From Dendrobates tinctorius (taxonomy: Eukaryota), in the NCBI RefSeq assembly GCF_039654945.1, contig NW_027361751.1, forward strand, positions 4,278,001-4,342,000: a DNA stretch of 64,000 bases, in the 5' to 3' direction. The position numbers and the translations under genes were made by a program. The first letter of the stretch is position 1, and the number at the start of each line of letters is the position of its first letter. Below are positions 36,301 through 48,498 of the stretch, piece after piece. The notes below the pieces were generated by a model. The model saw only the letters and a list, made by a program, of their open reading frames with translations, made no database searches and had not been told where the DNA came from.

Positions 36301-36673
36301 GTCTTAAAATGCACTGTGTATTAATTCTATAACTTCTAGAAATGTACATATATGTCATGATGTCATTGATGACGTCATGACCTCGCCTGTCCATGTAGTT
36401 AGTTTAAAACTTTGTATAAAAATTGTTATATGAAAATATATAGTAATGCAAACTCTTCTGTAACCTAAAGCTACAGCTTTGAAATAGGGAAATATTTGTT
36501 ATTTTTAGTGCGATGGCTGTCATCGTCTTATGACGTCATAGTTAGGACCTTTGTGGTGATCAATTTTTGGAAAACTTTTAATATGTTGTTCCCCACATAT
36601 AATAGTAATAAAAAAAATCATAAAACGCTTTCTTGGAATTTGTTCCGGGTCAAACCGTATTTTGACTGGACTA
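33363..36673 (+). mobile_element. Academ-type DNA transposon, internally deleted
   Basis: Perfect 18-bp TIR TAGTCCAGTCAAAATACG extending imperfectly to about 170 bp; TAG...CTA ends; 3-bp TSD ACA; large transposase-like ORFs. Confidence 0.8.
33652..36290 (+). pseudogene. Academ-type transposase, frameshifted and deleted
   Basis: DLHAADCLYHRSC, FAADNVDHN...DGKGTFHGMG, VVTFNQPLYWKA, LGSFHTLMN, DRTGSWLMHL, AAAGHENY, GLTRGSG, then a C-terminal CxxxxCxN plus acidic tail. Confidence 0.75.
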
Positions 36674-37153
36674 ACACAAAATCCAACGTTCCCAACCATC
36701 AGTCATCAGTTTGATTATTCATTTTACAGAAACAGCAAATAATTCTCCCATTATGATCAAAATCATCCATTTTGGCCGAATATCACCTAATGTGTATGGG
36801 CACCATAAGACTTCTGTTACTTGCAGGAGCTAGTCCATTAAAGGGGACAATAACATTTAGGGCCTATCCCACAGCAGTCACGTGCCATACTTCTACCCAT
36901 TGCTAAGTAGTGATGCCGGTAGTACGACACGTAACCACTGAGGACACTGACTTTCTGCAGTAGTCACAAGCTGGCCGTGTATGCGTGGCTACCTTTCCAT
37001 TCCCAGCATTGTGTATCTGAACAGACAAAAAATTTAATATTACTTGGTGTACATTCATAATAAAAGGATAAGTAATGATTTACAAAGTGCCAGAATTTTC
37101 TATTGTCCACTAATTACAATTTCGTTAGTCTATCCATGGATGAGAAATCTGAC

Positions 37154-37186
37154 CTGGTGGTGCGGGGACACTCGATTTAATGCCAT
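37154..37186 (-). CDS. LDLRAD1: LDLRAD1-like coding exon 1
   Basis: MALNRVSPHHQ|gtcaga, phase 0; resembles the short MNKVFPQ-type N-terminus of LDLRAD1; total spliced CDS 630 nt (209 aa). Confidence 0.75.
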
Positions 37187-37369
37187 TACATTTCTGGGTA
37201 ATAAATGTCAAATCCACTAGTTGAATTACTGAAAATAAGAGTAAAAAAAACAACATAATTAACATCTACAATTTACAAACATTGTACACTTTTACTATCT
37301 TACCCCGATCACTTTACTTAACCACAATGGAAAGATAAACAGTATATTGAATTTTTGCAAATGCCATAC

Positions 37370-37430
37370 CTGACTAGGGGATTATTTCTATTGTGCGAGT
37401 TCTGGGGAAATACTTGTGGTCAGGTCGGCT
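37370..37430 (-). other. Candidate 5'UTR exon of LDLRAD1-like gene
   Basis: Donor CAG|gtatgg at 37370 and acceptor ttacccag| just before the ATG exon; the 5' boundary is unknown. Confidence 0.4.
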
Positions 37431-37483
37431 AATATGAAATTCACATTGAGTGCCCTGTAGCGTCATTGTGACTTGGCCTTCAG

Positions 37484-37763
37484 AGATCCAAATATTCCAG
37501 CACATCTTCTTACTTAAAAAGAGAATCTTTATTGAGAAATCTTCATTAAAAAATCCAAAAGCAGGATACAGGTTAAAAAACCATGGTGAAGACAGGCATT
37601 TACGCATTTTGACTCGACAGAGTCTTACTCATAAGTAAGAAGATGTGCTGGAATATTTGGATCTTTGAATTTATGTCAGCTTGTGACATTTCCTAGCACC
37701 TTCAGCAAAGAACTGCCTTCAACGTGACAAGTAAAAAAGGTGAGCTGAATATATTCGTTTTTG
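37484..37763 (-). mobile_element. Short Penelope-type insertion with inverted tail
   Basis: 14-bp TSD GACTTGGCCTTCAG (37470-37483, 37764-37777); perfect 33-bp inverted repeat 37484-37516 / 37632-37664; decayed hammerhead-like motif 37601-37635. Confidence 0.65.
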
Positions 37764-37911
37764 GACTTGGCCTTCAGGTATGAGTATTTACAATTGAGGA
37801 CATTAAAATGGCAGATAATGACCGAAATGTTTGCAAATAGTAAATCATTCCATTTTATTTGGCAAATATTACAGGGACTCTCCAGTAAAAACAGTTCCAT
37901 ATTATAAATAA

Positions 37912-39270
37912 CTAGCTGAAGAGTCCGGCGGTGCCTGGGCATAGTAATAACAAATTATGATTATATATATATATATATATATATAAAGCTGGGTGTATAG
38001 CCCCACCCACTCCCCATAGCCACATTCACTATAATATCCCACATCATCCCGTCAGCCAGAGCCACCAGACTACTACCCCTAATATCCCACATTATCCCGT
38101 CAGCCAGAGCCACCGGACTACTACCCCTAATATCCCACATTATCTCATCAGCCAGAGCCACCGGACTACTACCCCAAATATCCCACATCATCCCGTCAGC
38201 CAGTGCCACCGGACAACTACCATTAATATCCCACATCATCCCGTCGGAGCCACCGGACTACTACCACTAATATCCCACATCATCCAGTCAGCCAGAGCCA
38301 CCGGACTACTACCACTAATATCCCATATCATCCCGTCAGCCTGGGGTCAGAACCACAGCTTTGAGTGGAACGGTCCTAACTTCCATACCGGGGATCCCTT
38401 TAAGAGAGACCTGGGGTCAAAACCAAAGCGCTGGATGGATTGTCCATGACTTCCATACCAATCATCCCTTTAATAGAGGCCTGGGGACAGTACCAGAGCA
38501 TTTGAAGGCAATCGCCCTGACTTCCATACCAGGGATCCCTGTAAGAGAGCCTAGGGTCAGAACCAGAATGCTGAGTGGAATTGCCCTAACTTCCATACCT
38601 GATCCCTTTAAGAGGGACCTGGGGTCAGAATCAGAGCACTGAGGGATTTGCCGTGACTTCCATACCAGAGATCCCTTTAAGAGAGGCCTGGGGTCAGTAT
38701 CAAAGCGCAGAGTGTATTTGCCCTCACTTACGTACCGGGGATCCCTTTAAGAAAGGCATGAGGTCAGAACCAGAGTGCTTAGTGGAATTGCCCTAACTTC
38801 TATATCAATGATCCCTTTAAGAGACCCTGGGGTCAGAACCACAGAGCTGAGTGGAACGGTCCTAAATTCCATACCAGAGATCCCTTTAAGAGAGGCCTGG
38901 AGTCAGAACCAGAGCGCTTAGTGGAATTGCCCTAACTTCCATAACAATGATCCCTTTAAGAGGGAAGATGGGCCTATGGGATGGAGGATGTGTGATGGGG
39001 ATATGGGAACGGGAGGGGGGATTCATTTATGTCATGTACTCACTGCTGCTTTCTGGGGGCAGACAATGGCTGGGAGCTTATGTTTACGGGGATGCTAGAT
39101 TTCTGCCACCCGGTCACTGTCTGCTGAGGTGTTGTCGTGGAGTGAGAAAACTGTTGCTCATAGCAACCAATCACAGCTCAGCTTCTTTTAAACAGCTCTG
39201 GTGAAATGAAAGATGCTTCGTAATTGGTTGGTGATACACACACACACATTCAATTTTATATATATATAGA
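37912..39270 (-). mobile_element. Non-autonomous Helitron
   Basis: Minus strand A|TC...GC hairpin CCAGGCACCGCCGG...CTAG|T; no TSD. Confidence 0.75.
38034..38960. repeat. 48-bp and ~70-bp minisatellites inside the Helitron
   Basis: About 6.5 units of 48 bp (38034-38340), then about 9 units of 69-70 bp (38341-38960). Confidence 0.9.
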
Positions 39271-41327
39271 TGTATTTTCTGTGCCCAAGTTCAGAAAGAA
39301 ATCACCATCAAACTATGCAGAGTGGGGGCTGTTAACAAGGCCACTTTCATTGCAGGTGCTAATGATGGCCAAGGCACAAAACCCACATTCATCCATTATT
39401 CACTGGTCACTGGAAGAAAGACACAAAGTTAAATTAAATGTGTAATAATGGAAAAACTGTGTTCCCAATATGATGCCTTTCATTTCACATGTAAATGCAC
39501 ATGCTCCTATTAGTATTCTACTCCCCTACGCTATGCACTCAAAAAGTATGTAATGGACTTGAGAGGCTATATAAAGGTCATATAATTATCTTTCTTATTA
39601 AAAAATCAATGAGTCATTATGTGTGAGACGTCCAATATGTAATATAAGAAGGTTGAGGTTGGGACTTATTTTTCGGGTATTAAATTGGAGAACTATATAT
39701 TGCCCACCAAATATATCATGTAAGGAACTGCAATAACAGGCAGCAGTAACTTACAAAGCTATCAAATAAAAGTTTCATCAAACAAGACTGTCATGCTGTG
39801 ACTGTTCGTGTTTAGGAAAAGGGGCCCTAACTATCCCTGCTCCCAAAGTTACCTCTAAAGGCAAGGAGGTTTGGGCCACCAGCCTTACTCTTCTCCTGTT
39901 ATTCGCTAAGCTGTCCCCTTCCACTCCCCAGGAGGCCTGGGACAGAAATGCTAGTGTATCAACACATAAGACAGACAGGGATAACAGAAAGCAACAAACA
40001 TACAAACACTCATCAACTGTAGAGATGTATATAGTTAAGGATAGGACTATACCAACCAAATGGGAATAGGACAATAAGGAAAAAATACACCCACAAATAG
40101 CATGCCACAATCTCCAATAGCAACAATGATCTCCAATTCAGCACAGTGTCTCCAAGGAGCTAGGAAGCAAAGCTTTCGCTGGCAAGGAATAGAAGGTTTG
40201 ACCATATTTTATAGGTAGAGAAAATGACCATGTCAGGAACAGCTGTGAGATGGAGCTGCAAGTTTCTAACCAGCATGGAAAGTGTTGTTAACCTCCTCAG
40301 CACCAAAGGAAATTAAATCTATTTAATATGAAACAAAAACACACAGGCTAAATGGAAGATATGCTATTCACAACGCGTAGTGATTTACTAACCCCAGATA
40401 TTTCAGGAGGACATGACCCGTTTGTGACACTATCTAACAAATTTATGGAGTTATTTGAATTTTGGAGTTACTTATAGATTTTGCTGCAGATATGGCACAG
40501 TGTCTAAGATAAGCCAGGCCTATTGGAAAGTGAAGTAGATAAGACACAGAAGTAGTTGCCAAACAACAAAGCATCTGGTAATGATGATGATGTATCCCTG
40601 TGTAGCTGCTCAAACCAGTCCCAAGAACCGCACTGACAGCACTGTGCCAGAATATCTGGAGGACATGAACGTGGCCAGAATACTGGAAAATATGTCATTT
40701 TTCATACCACCACCAAAATAAGGCAACACCAGGGACAGTGAGCACAAAAGAAAACAGTCCCCTGAAGCCCTATGCCAGCAAGGTGCTTCTACAAACCCTG
40801 CTCGTAGAGCATAAGAAGGACTTGAAAAAGCTGATTTTGAAATTAAAAGGAAAAACGAGAAGATGAGACTTCACCTAAAAATCAAGACGACCAAAAAACC
40901 AAACCACCACCAATGATGAAGTCCATATAAAGATCAACAGTGCAGAAACAGAAGTGGTCTATAACTTCTTGTTTCTTGGTTTCCTCATAAATCATAATGG
41001 TGGTACGACAGCAGAGATCAAGCATCGAATAGAACTGGGGCGAGCATCCATGGTGAACATAGATCAAATATAGAAGCAAAAGGACATCTCGGTCACCATA
41101 AAGAAATAAATAAAATTAATGTTTGAAATTTAAATCAAGTGCAATATAGATTACATATAACATGTGCCATATAAAACAATGATCAACAGCAACTGAGTGG
41201 TAATCCGGCCCAACTCATGGCAACATTGTAGTTATTTAGAAGAAAACTAATATTGAGGAGATTAGAAAAAATATGTGAACATGCAAGTCCCCATTAAAAA
41301 ACAATTTATTGGATAAATGTTAAACAC

Positions 41328-41444
41328 GGGCGGCACGGTGGCTCAGTGGTTAGCGCTGCAGCCTTGCAGCGCTGGGGTCCTGGGTTCGAATCCCACCAAG
41401 GACAACATCTGCAAGGAGTTTGTATGTTCTCCCCGTGTTTGCGT

Positions 41445-41475
<31 letters not shown>

Positions 41476-41603
41476 ACATTCTAAAGACATACTAATAGGG
41501 AATTTAGATTGTGAGCCCCATCGGGGACAGTGATGATGATGTGTGCAAAATGTAAAGCGCTGTGGAATATGTTAGCGCTATATAAAAATAAAGATTATTA
41601 TTA
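41328..41603 (+). mobile_element. Full-length V-SINE
   Basis: A/B boxes (TGGCTCAGTGG, GGTTCGAATCC), V-domain, L2-like tail, TSD TAAACAC. Confidence 0.9.
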
Positions 41604-42003
41604 TAAACACCTTCCCAGTGAAAAAAATGGCCAATGCCAATAATATACAAAAAAAAACCTAATCTAAACTGATACCTTCCTAGCCCTGGAGGTTGGCACC
41701 CTATAAGTACGATATTGGGCCCTCACTCAACGAAGGCTATCCCTCGCTCCCCTATTGATCCCTGGTACAATAGAGAGGAAAACAATATTCAAATAGTGCA
41801 GGGATGAAAGGATCAGAATGCCCTAGAGCTAGTGCAGATACCCAGAAAAAACAACAGTTAAAAATATGATAACCACATCATGAAAACATGTGACCCAAGA
41901 TATGCTGCCAAAGCATGATCACAGCCAATCCCACTAGGGGGAAATATGCAATTGAATAAACCAAATAACATATGGGTAGTCACTTATCATGTCTGTGGAG
42001 AAG

Positions 42004-42042
42004 CCTCAACGCGTTTCCACGCCGTGGCGGTTCATCAGGAGG
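42004..42042 (-). ncRNA. Minimal type I hammerhead ribozyme (Penelope-associated)
   Basis: CCTC-CTGATGA-ACCGCCACGGCGTG-GAAAC-GC-GTT-GAGG; palindromic stem III AACGCGTT. Confidence 0.7.
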
Positions 42043-42945
42043 AATGACCAATGCTGCTAATGATGCTGTTGCCACCTCATGCCTGATGTCACGATGTTAC
42101 TTGACGGCACACAGGGTCAAAAGAGAGGCGGATTTAAATAACCACCCTAGTGGAAATGAGCACCACCCACTATGGATGGTAGCCCAATCAGTGGAAAGAC
42201 GCATAAATTAAAACCAAATATGCACATGTCTCAGTATAAATAAGCGCCAAATCCAGTGTATATACCTGCTGGTCCATGCTCATGACGCTGCCATGCTCAA
42301 TGCAGATATCAATAGATCGTCACTGGCGTGCGCTCCACACTGGAGCGCATCAAAGATGGCGAAGTAACTTCCGGTTAGGCCGACTTCATAACCGCTTCAA
42401 AAAAGATACCCGCGGAGAATCAAGAACGTGCGTCAACGGGACCCACCAAAGATGGCGCAGGACCTTCCAGTCCAATAAGATGACATCATATCCGCCTAAA
42501 ACCATAACCAAGGAGCCTAACCACGCTGCCAGGGGTTATCATGCGCATCAATAAAACCCATCAAAATAGCAAGAGACCAAACAGTCCCAAACAAATAAGC
42601 CCACACAGCATCACTGAAATGAAAGCAGCCAAAAAATAATAAGGCAGAGGCAATACAAAAAGTATAAAGCGCCTACCATATGAGTAGAAACAGTACCAAA
42701 GTTACAGGGGAGTTAAACCCCATTATACCCCCATATGAAATGCATATATTATTAAATTAAGGCTCCAAAAAAGAAACAGGCATATTTGAGAAAAAAATGC
42801 AACAGAACAAATAAAGATCAGTAAAAATTATTACCATACGATACACAATTTAACCATTCAATGTGGTTTATGCCATACAGGCATGGTCCAATATACCACC
42901 AAAAAACCCCCTCAAAAAGTGGGGCCAATTTTACCAACCAGGATG

Positions 42946-43180
42946 TTATATGAAACAGGCGTAGGACATAAATTCATTCATCCCATCCGGGGAGACGGAC
43001 TTTAGCCTAAATGTCCACTCACATTCCCGTCTCAAAATCAATTTGTCCAAATTTCCCCCCCTTGCCCTCGGCTTAATCAATTCAATCATACTGAAAGTGA
43101 TGTCGCACATACGACCTTGATGCACCGCATTCATATGTCTGGCGACCGGGGTATCACGCTTGTTCCTGATATCCCCCATT
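42946..43180 (-). pseudogene. Penelope GIY-YIG endonuclease C-terminal fragment
   Basis: TPVARHM...IELIKPRARGGNLDKLILRRECEWTFRLKSVSPDGMNE. Confidence 0.8.
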
Positions 43181-43316
43181 GTAGTTAGAAGGATCACTGA
43201 CACTTTTTCAACCGTCTTACAATTTATTGCTTTTTTAACAAAGCAGACTTTCATAGGTTTGTTTTATGGGAATGAAGAAGATTGAGTGTCTTACCCAGAC
43301 AGTGCTGGCACCAGAG

Positions 43317-45485
43317 TGTTAGGAACGGCGGAACGCACTAAATAAAAATAATAATAAAGTGCGTTCGCCGCTCGGGGTCCACCGTGCAGTAGGTGTTACT
43401 GTGGCGCCCCTGAGGCTCAGTCGCCGCAAAGGTACTGCACCTCCTCCTGAGGCGTGGTGCCCCACCATCCAGGTAAGTTGGAGGCTCCTAACCACGCTCC
43501 AACACTCGCATCCCACACAACAGAGTAGTTCAGCAAAGCCACATTGCGGCTCCTTGCTTGGAGTGTAGCAGAGCACCTTTGGTGGTTCCCTGCTTGGAAC
43601 ACGAAAAGTGCTGGGAGGCGGGTGAAGTTTAGAAAACATGAAAGAGCGGGAAGGTTTAGAATTATAGGTCAGTCTGGGAGAGGAAGCCACTCAGAGAGGA
43701 GTGAGGAAAGAAGATCCCTGAGAGAGGGATGGAGGAAGGAGGTGCTGCAGCAGATCTGAGTGACCTGGGTCTGCTGGCACGAGAAAGGAAAGAAGGAGAA
43801 AGACATTGAACTGAAACCTGATCTTCCATAAGAGAGAGAGATTAGAACGGAACGAAGGAGTAAAAGGGAACAGAGAGGACGTTGGTTAGAGGAAGAACCC
43901 TGCCTAGAAGTTCTAAGTGCAAGGCCGGGGCCTGGTCCCGGAGGTTGTATGGACACTAATGGTTCTGCAGCAGACACCGGTGGAGTAGTGGGCTGTAAAT
44001 GCACTACTCCCATCTAAGACTTGGGGGCACAACAGCAACTTGGATAGTGAGCCGGGACTCAGGAGTAGCGAGTCCCCGAAGCAGGCTACAGCTGTCTGCT
44101 GTACAAGTAGAGTTCTTGGGAACATCTGTCAGGAGGCACTCCAGTGTAACTCAGTACTGGGAGCACTTCACACTTAAAGGCGCTATAGAGGAGACGTTCA
44201 GAAAGGCACATGTTGGCGGAGCATTGGAAGGGAGCATTCCATCTTGCCTGGAGGTTGACTGAGTCCCTGACCCGGAGGACATGGCACGGAGGCAGGCACC
44301 TGTGTGTACTACAGACTGTGAGTAAAGCTTGGGAACTGCAAGCCCTGGTGTCCTCCATTCATTCTTGCGCCAACGCATCCAGCCCCGCTACATCTGGGTA
44401 CCAGCTTCTTCACCGCTTGTGCCTCTCCTCTTCCCCCACATCTACACTGCCCTGGGACTACAGCTCCACCTGTGGGGAGTTTCACCATCATGGCTGCAAC
44501 ACACCACCAGCCCCAGAGGATCTGCATGCAGCGTCGGCCTAACATCTCACTTGCCGAACACCACAGGTGACGTCACTATTCATTCAAACCATTACATTTC
44601 CCCATTACTTGGGCGCCCAGGGCCACGCTGCTGTGACTCATCCCGCTGATACCGGCCCGGTACCGAGTACCCCACAGCCCTGGGAGGGCGCCCCATTACA
44701 TCCGCTGCTGAGTAATGGCAGACGAGCAATATAGCAATATAATGCGCACGGGTTCAACTTCACCCGAAGTGCGCAGAGCGGGCTCTGTTTACACACAACA
44801 AAACATACAAAAGGCTGAGCCTGTTAGTCACAGGCCTCAGGTAAATGCACACATGGTATAAGGTCACAGGAGCAGGAACTAAGACAGAGGGGCTGCGTCC
44901 GTCTAGACCTACCGTGTGTGCGGCGTCCCTACTGAGAACGCCAAGAAGGGCTGCAACTGCAGCGCGGTGCAGGACACTGCCGCTGGACGACACAGCTACA
45001 AAGCAGGCACTATGTCGGACGCTAGCGCAGAGGTGCGGTGTGCACAGTGGCCTAAGGCTTGCCACAGACTGGCGCAGACTACTGAACTAATTCCCTAACC
45101 ACATGCTTAATATCAGAGGGAAGGGGTTTCATAATAAGTCAGTCACCAGAATCATACATCCGTCACCATTTATACATAGCAGTATAGTCTATACTAGCGC
45201 ATGGAGGAACGGCCATACGCGCTTTTTAAAGCAGCCGGGACCTTCCGGAAGCTTCCAGATCTCCGAGATGGACCAATGAGATCTGGAGCAGGACCTGAGC
45301 ACATGACTCCCAATCTCCAATGGGAAACCGTCTCGTGAGCATGCTCAGCAGGAGGACAGAGGGATTTAGACCCTGGAGAGATTTGCTGCAAGGCAATCTC
45401 CTCTGCGGTAGATAAAGAGCAAGAGACCGCAGAATGTAAGGGTCTGGATTCCTGCAGAGCAGACGCAGGAACCTGACTCCTAACA
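43317..45485. mobile_element. TG...CA element (solo-LTR-like) with nested LTR
   Basis: Ends TGTTAGGA / TCCTAACA; CCAGAG duplicated on both sides. Confidence 0.65.
43400..44695 (+). mobile_element. Solo LTR
   Basis: TGTGGCGCC...GGCGCCCCA with 4-bp TSD TTAC; related to 51905-52898 in the opposite orientation. Confidence 0.75.
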
Positions 45486-47044
45486 CCAGAGTGTGCGTCC
45501 GGACTCGTACGACTACTGTAAGCACACCTCAGCATTGTGATCGCTCAGTGACCAATGCAAGAAAGCTATCAATATGACAACCTGTCTGGCAAGATTTTAG
45601 TCTCAAGATAATGTTTCGGTAATACCTCAATCCAGTCCATGATAACAATGGGCTTGGGGTTTTGTTACTATTTTAAGTGCAGCACAAGTGGAGTCCTTGT
45701 ATGTATTTGATGACTATATCTAATTACGACAATAGGATTTAAAAGGAAACAAAGATTATCACAATTATTTACTAATGTATGGAATAAGGCAGATTCTTAG
45801 AACATCTCTCTTCAATTAAAGAGATTGGTCAATTATCACATATTAAACATCTCCTGTAGAATGTGTAATAATTTTTCAGTTGGAATAAGTAAAAGAAAAT
45901 ATTTCTGTGATCCTGTCCCAATTCCCCTTAGCTTTAATTGTATCTGTGTGAGCAGGTTGCGGGATGCAGTGAAGGACAGGAGACAGAGCAAGGGTTAACC
46001 AATTTAATTGAACAAGGGGATACTCCACGCAGGGAGATAGACAGTTAAACGGGAAATAGGCAATTCAAATGCAGAGTATTTGCAGGCAATAACAGCAGTT
46101 CCCTTAGTTAACCTATCGTGAAAGTTGCTGAGCAGACAATAGCGCCCACAACGGCAGGCGCAGTGCTTGTCCAATGAGGTCCTATGGGTAACGAGGAGCT
46201 GTCTTCTGGCAGCAGCGGTCAGTTTCTGGTACCTTCCACTGAGCCCCTAGTCCATAAGTTGATGCGGCCGAGTCAATTAAGGCCGCAGCGCTGTCTGCGT
46301 CCAACGTAGACCGGCAAGTATCAACTGACATATCAGGGTGCAAGTGTCTGTCCCATACCCGGTTTCTCTTATGTGGCACGTGCTCTGTACTCACAGACAT
46401 GGAACGTACGGCACCTTGCTCTCTGGTAGTCACTGGGCACCCTGCACCTCTCTCTCTCAAGTCCCCACGGTTAGCGGTGGGGGTTAAAGGATGCAGGCCA
46501 GCGCAGCACCGGTGCTCTGGGGATGGAGCACTCCTCTCAGCCTGCTGCACACCGCCTGTCCACGTTAAAACTGTCTCTAGGCCAGCAGGTCTGTCCGCTA
46601 AAGTCTGTCACAGCGCCGGCGGTTTGGTGTGCAGAGCGCGCTGCCTGCCCTGCTGCTCGCACGATGATGGCAGGGGTCTCTGCAGCTTTGTGCGCTTTCC
46701 ACCTCAGCTTCCGGCTGGGTTCTCTGACTAAACATGCCCCCTCTTCCTGGGTCATGGGGCCTGTCCGGACCCCTATTCCTTCACCCAGGAAACAGGGGAT
46801 GCAGCCTCAACAGTTCCGGTCCCGGCAAGCAGGTACCCGCAGCCCGGTCTTCTCCCTTACATCTGCACAGGAGACAAGTTCGTCAACATAGTCTTCAGGC
46901 CATGCTTTGACCTAGAAAGTGTAATATCATAATTGTGCTATCTGGCTCATTCTGCAAAAGCCAGACCTTTCAAGTAGAGGTCAGACATGGGATGTAGGGG
47001 CACTATAAAGAAGCATTCGAATGGGATTATATGTTGAGGTATTA

Positions 47045-47328
47045 CCGTATTTTTCGGACTATAAGACGCACCGTACTATAAGATGCACGTAGGTTTTAGA
47101 GGAGGAAATTAAGGAGAAAAAAAACGAAGCAAAAAATGTGGTCAATTCTGTACATAATATCCCCTATCCGGGTAAATATGGTCCCCTCATCCCCGTCCTG
47201 ATACACATGGCCTCTCATCCCTATCCTGGTATGCATGGCCCCCTTATCCCTATCCTGATATGCATGGCCCTCATCCTCATCCTGGTATGCATGCCTCCTC
47301 ATCCCTAGCCTGGTAGGAAAAATATGGT
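47045..47328. mobile_element. Tc1/mariner-type MITE remnant with short minisatellite
   Basis: TA|CCGTATTTTTC ... GAAAAATATGG|TA. Confidence 0.55.
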
Positions 47329-48498
47329 AAATAGAAGTGGGGATATGCAGGGCCATCTTGCTTAAGGGGCACTATATAGGGGTAATATACTTTTGTTTAG
47401 GGGATAGTAAAATATATGGCACTGTTATTTTTTTTATTGGACTACGGCATTATTTTTTTGAGGGTAAGTGTGGCCAAATTCCTTAGGAGAAGACATGACC
47501 ATTATTAAACACTTTGGTGAAAGCTCAGGTCTCCTTGTCAACTGGGCAAGATTCTCACTGACAACTGCAGACTCCAGCCATCTAATGCTCACATCATAAC
47601 AGGGCAATTTACGATTGTTTCATCCTTCAAAAACTGGACATTCAAATTAGTGAATGGGTGTTGGAATTTGAAACAATTAACATCACTCCTTCATTGGTTT
47701 ACTTTCTTCAGTAAACCAATCTGTGACTTTTCTTTCATCTGTTTTACAAAGTGAAGTTTCTTCCGAGACCTTGTTTGGATAAAAAAGTACTAGAATTAGG
47801 CTGGACACTCTTCATAGGCCTAAGAAGGATGGGGGAGATGCAGTCTGATCCACTCCTATATTTTTTATCTACTCAGTTGCAATATATGGGGGCTTCAGAA
47901 CTGCTGTCCCTATCAACTAGGATAAGTACCTGTAGGTATTTTCTGAAAAAGTCTAGATCACCTTGAGTCTCTTGAGGGAGATAGACTTGGACACTTATTC
48001 CCCCAGCCTCCTACTCTAAAATGCAATTAAAGGTCTGGTATAATGCTAACAACATAGGAGGATTTCTGAGTTACTCTGACTTTGCCCCATCTGGGGAAAT
48101 TACATATACCTTATTTAAAATTAGATAAACTTGTAGGTTTTGAGCTTTGCTAACTAAACAGACTACAAGATCTAATAGTTATTTCGGGTTGACCTCTTTA
48201 AAACCTTCAAAACTTTCCAATAGGAACTTGACAGTCCTCCCAATTGTCTCTTTCAATATCTACAACTACATCACTCTTATGCTGTTTATAGTATATCATA
48301 TTAATAAAGGAAAAAGAGATGTATTATTTATTTTACTCACTTATATAGCGCCATCATATTCCGCATCGCTGCAGAAATATCACTGCCCCATTGGGGCTCA
48401 CAATCTACATTCAGATAGTTTTTATTGAACTCTCTTTGCAAAACAATATACAAATAATACAAAATCAAAGATATTTCTACACGCTCACTAGTATGTAT

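Larger units (their letters stand above)
33227..36804. mobile_element. Harbinger-type MITE split by the Academ insertion
   Basis: Ends GGCCCCCATACACAT / ATGTGTATGGGCACC. Confidence 0.55.
41290..43180 (-). mobile_element. Penelope-like element 3' part (GIY-YIG end plus terminal repeat)
   Basis: Endonuclease C-terminus at 42946-43180, then a non-coding tract with a hammerhead at 42004-42042; left boundary approximate. Confidence 0.75.

Noticed and set aside
38034-38960. CRISPR-like array
   Set aside because: Whole units repeat with no unique spacers; no cas genes; eukaryotic context.
39716-40430. Possible solo LTR
   Set aside because: TG/CA candidates exist but I could not find a matching TSD.
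41328-41400. tRNA gene
   Set aside because: It is the tRNA-derived head of a V-SINE, continuous with the V-domain and tail; the same applies at 899, 23921 and 24599.
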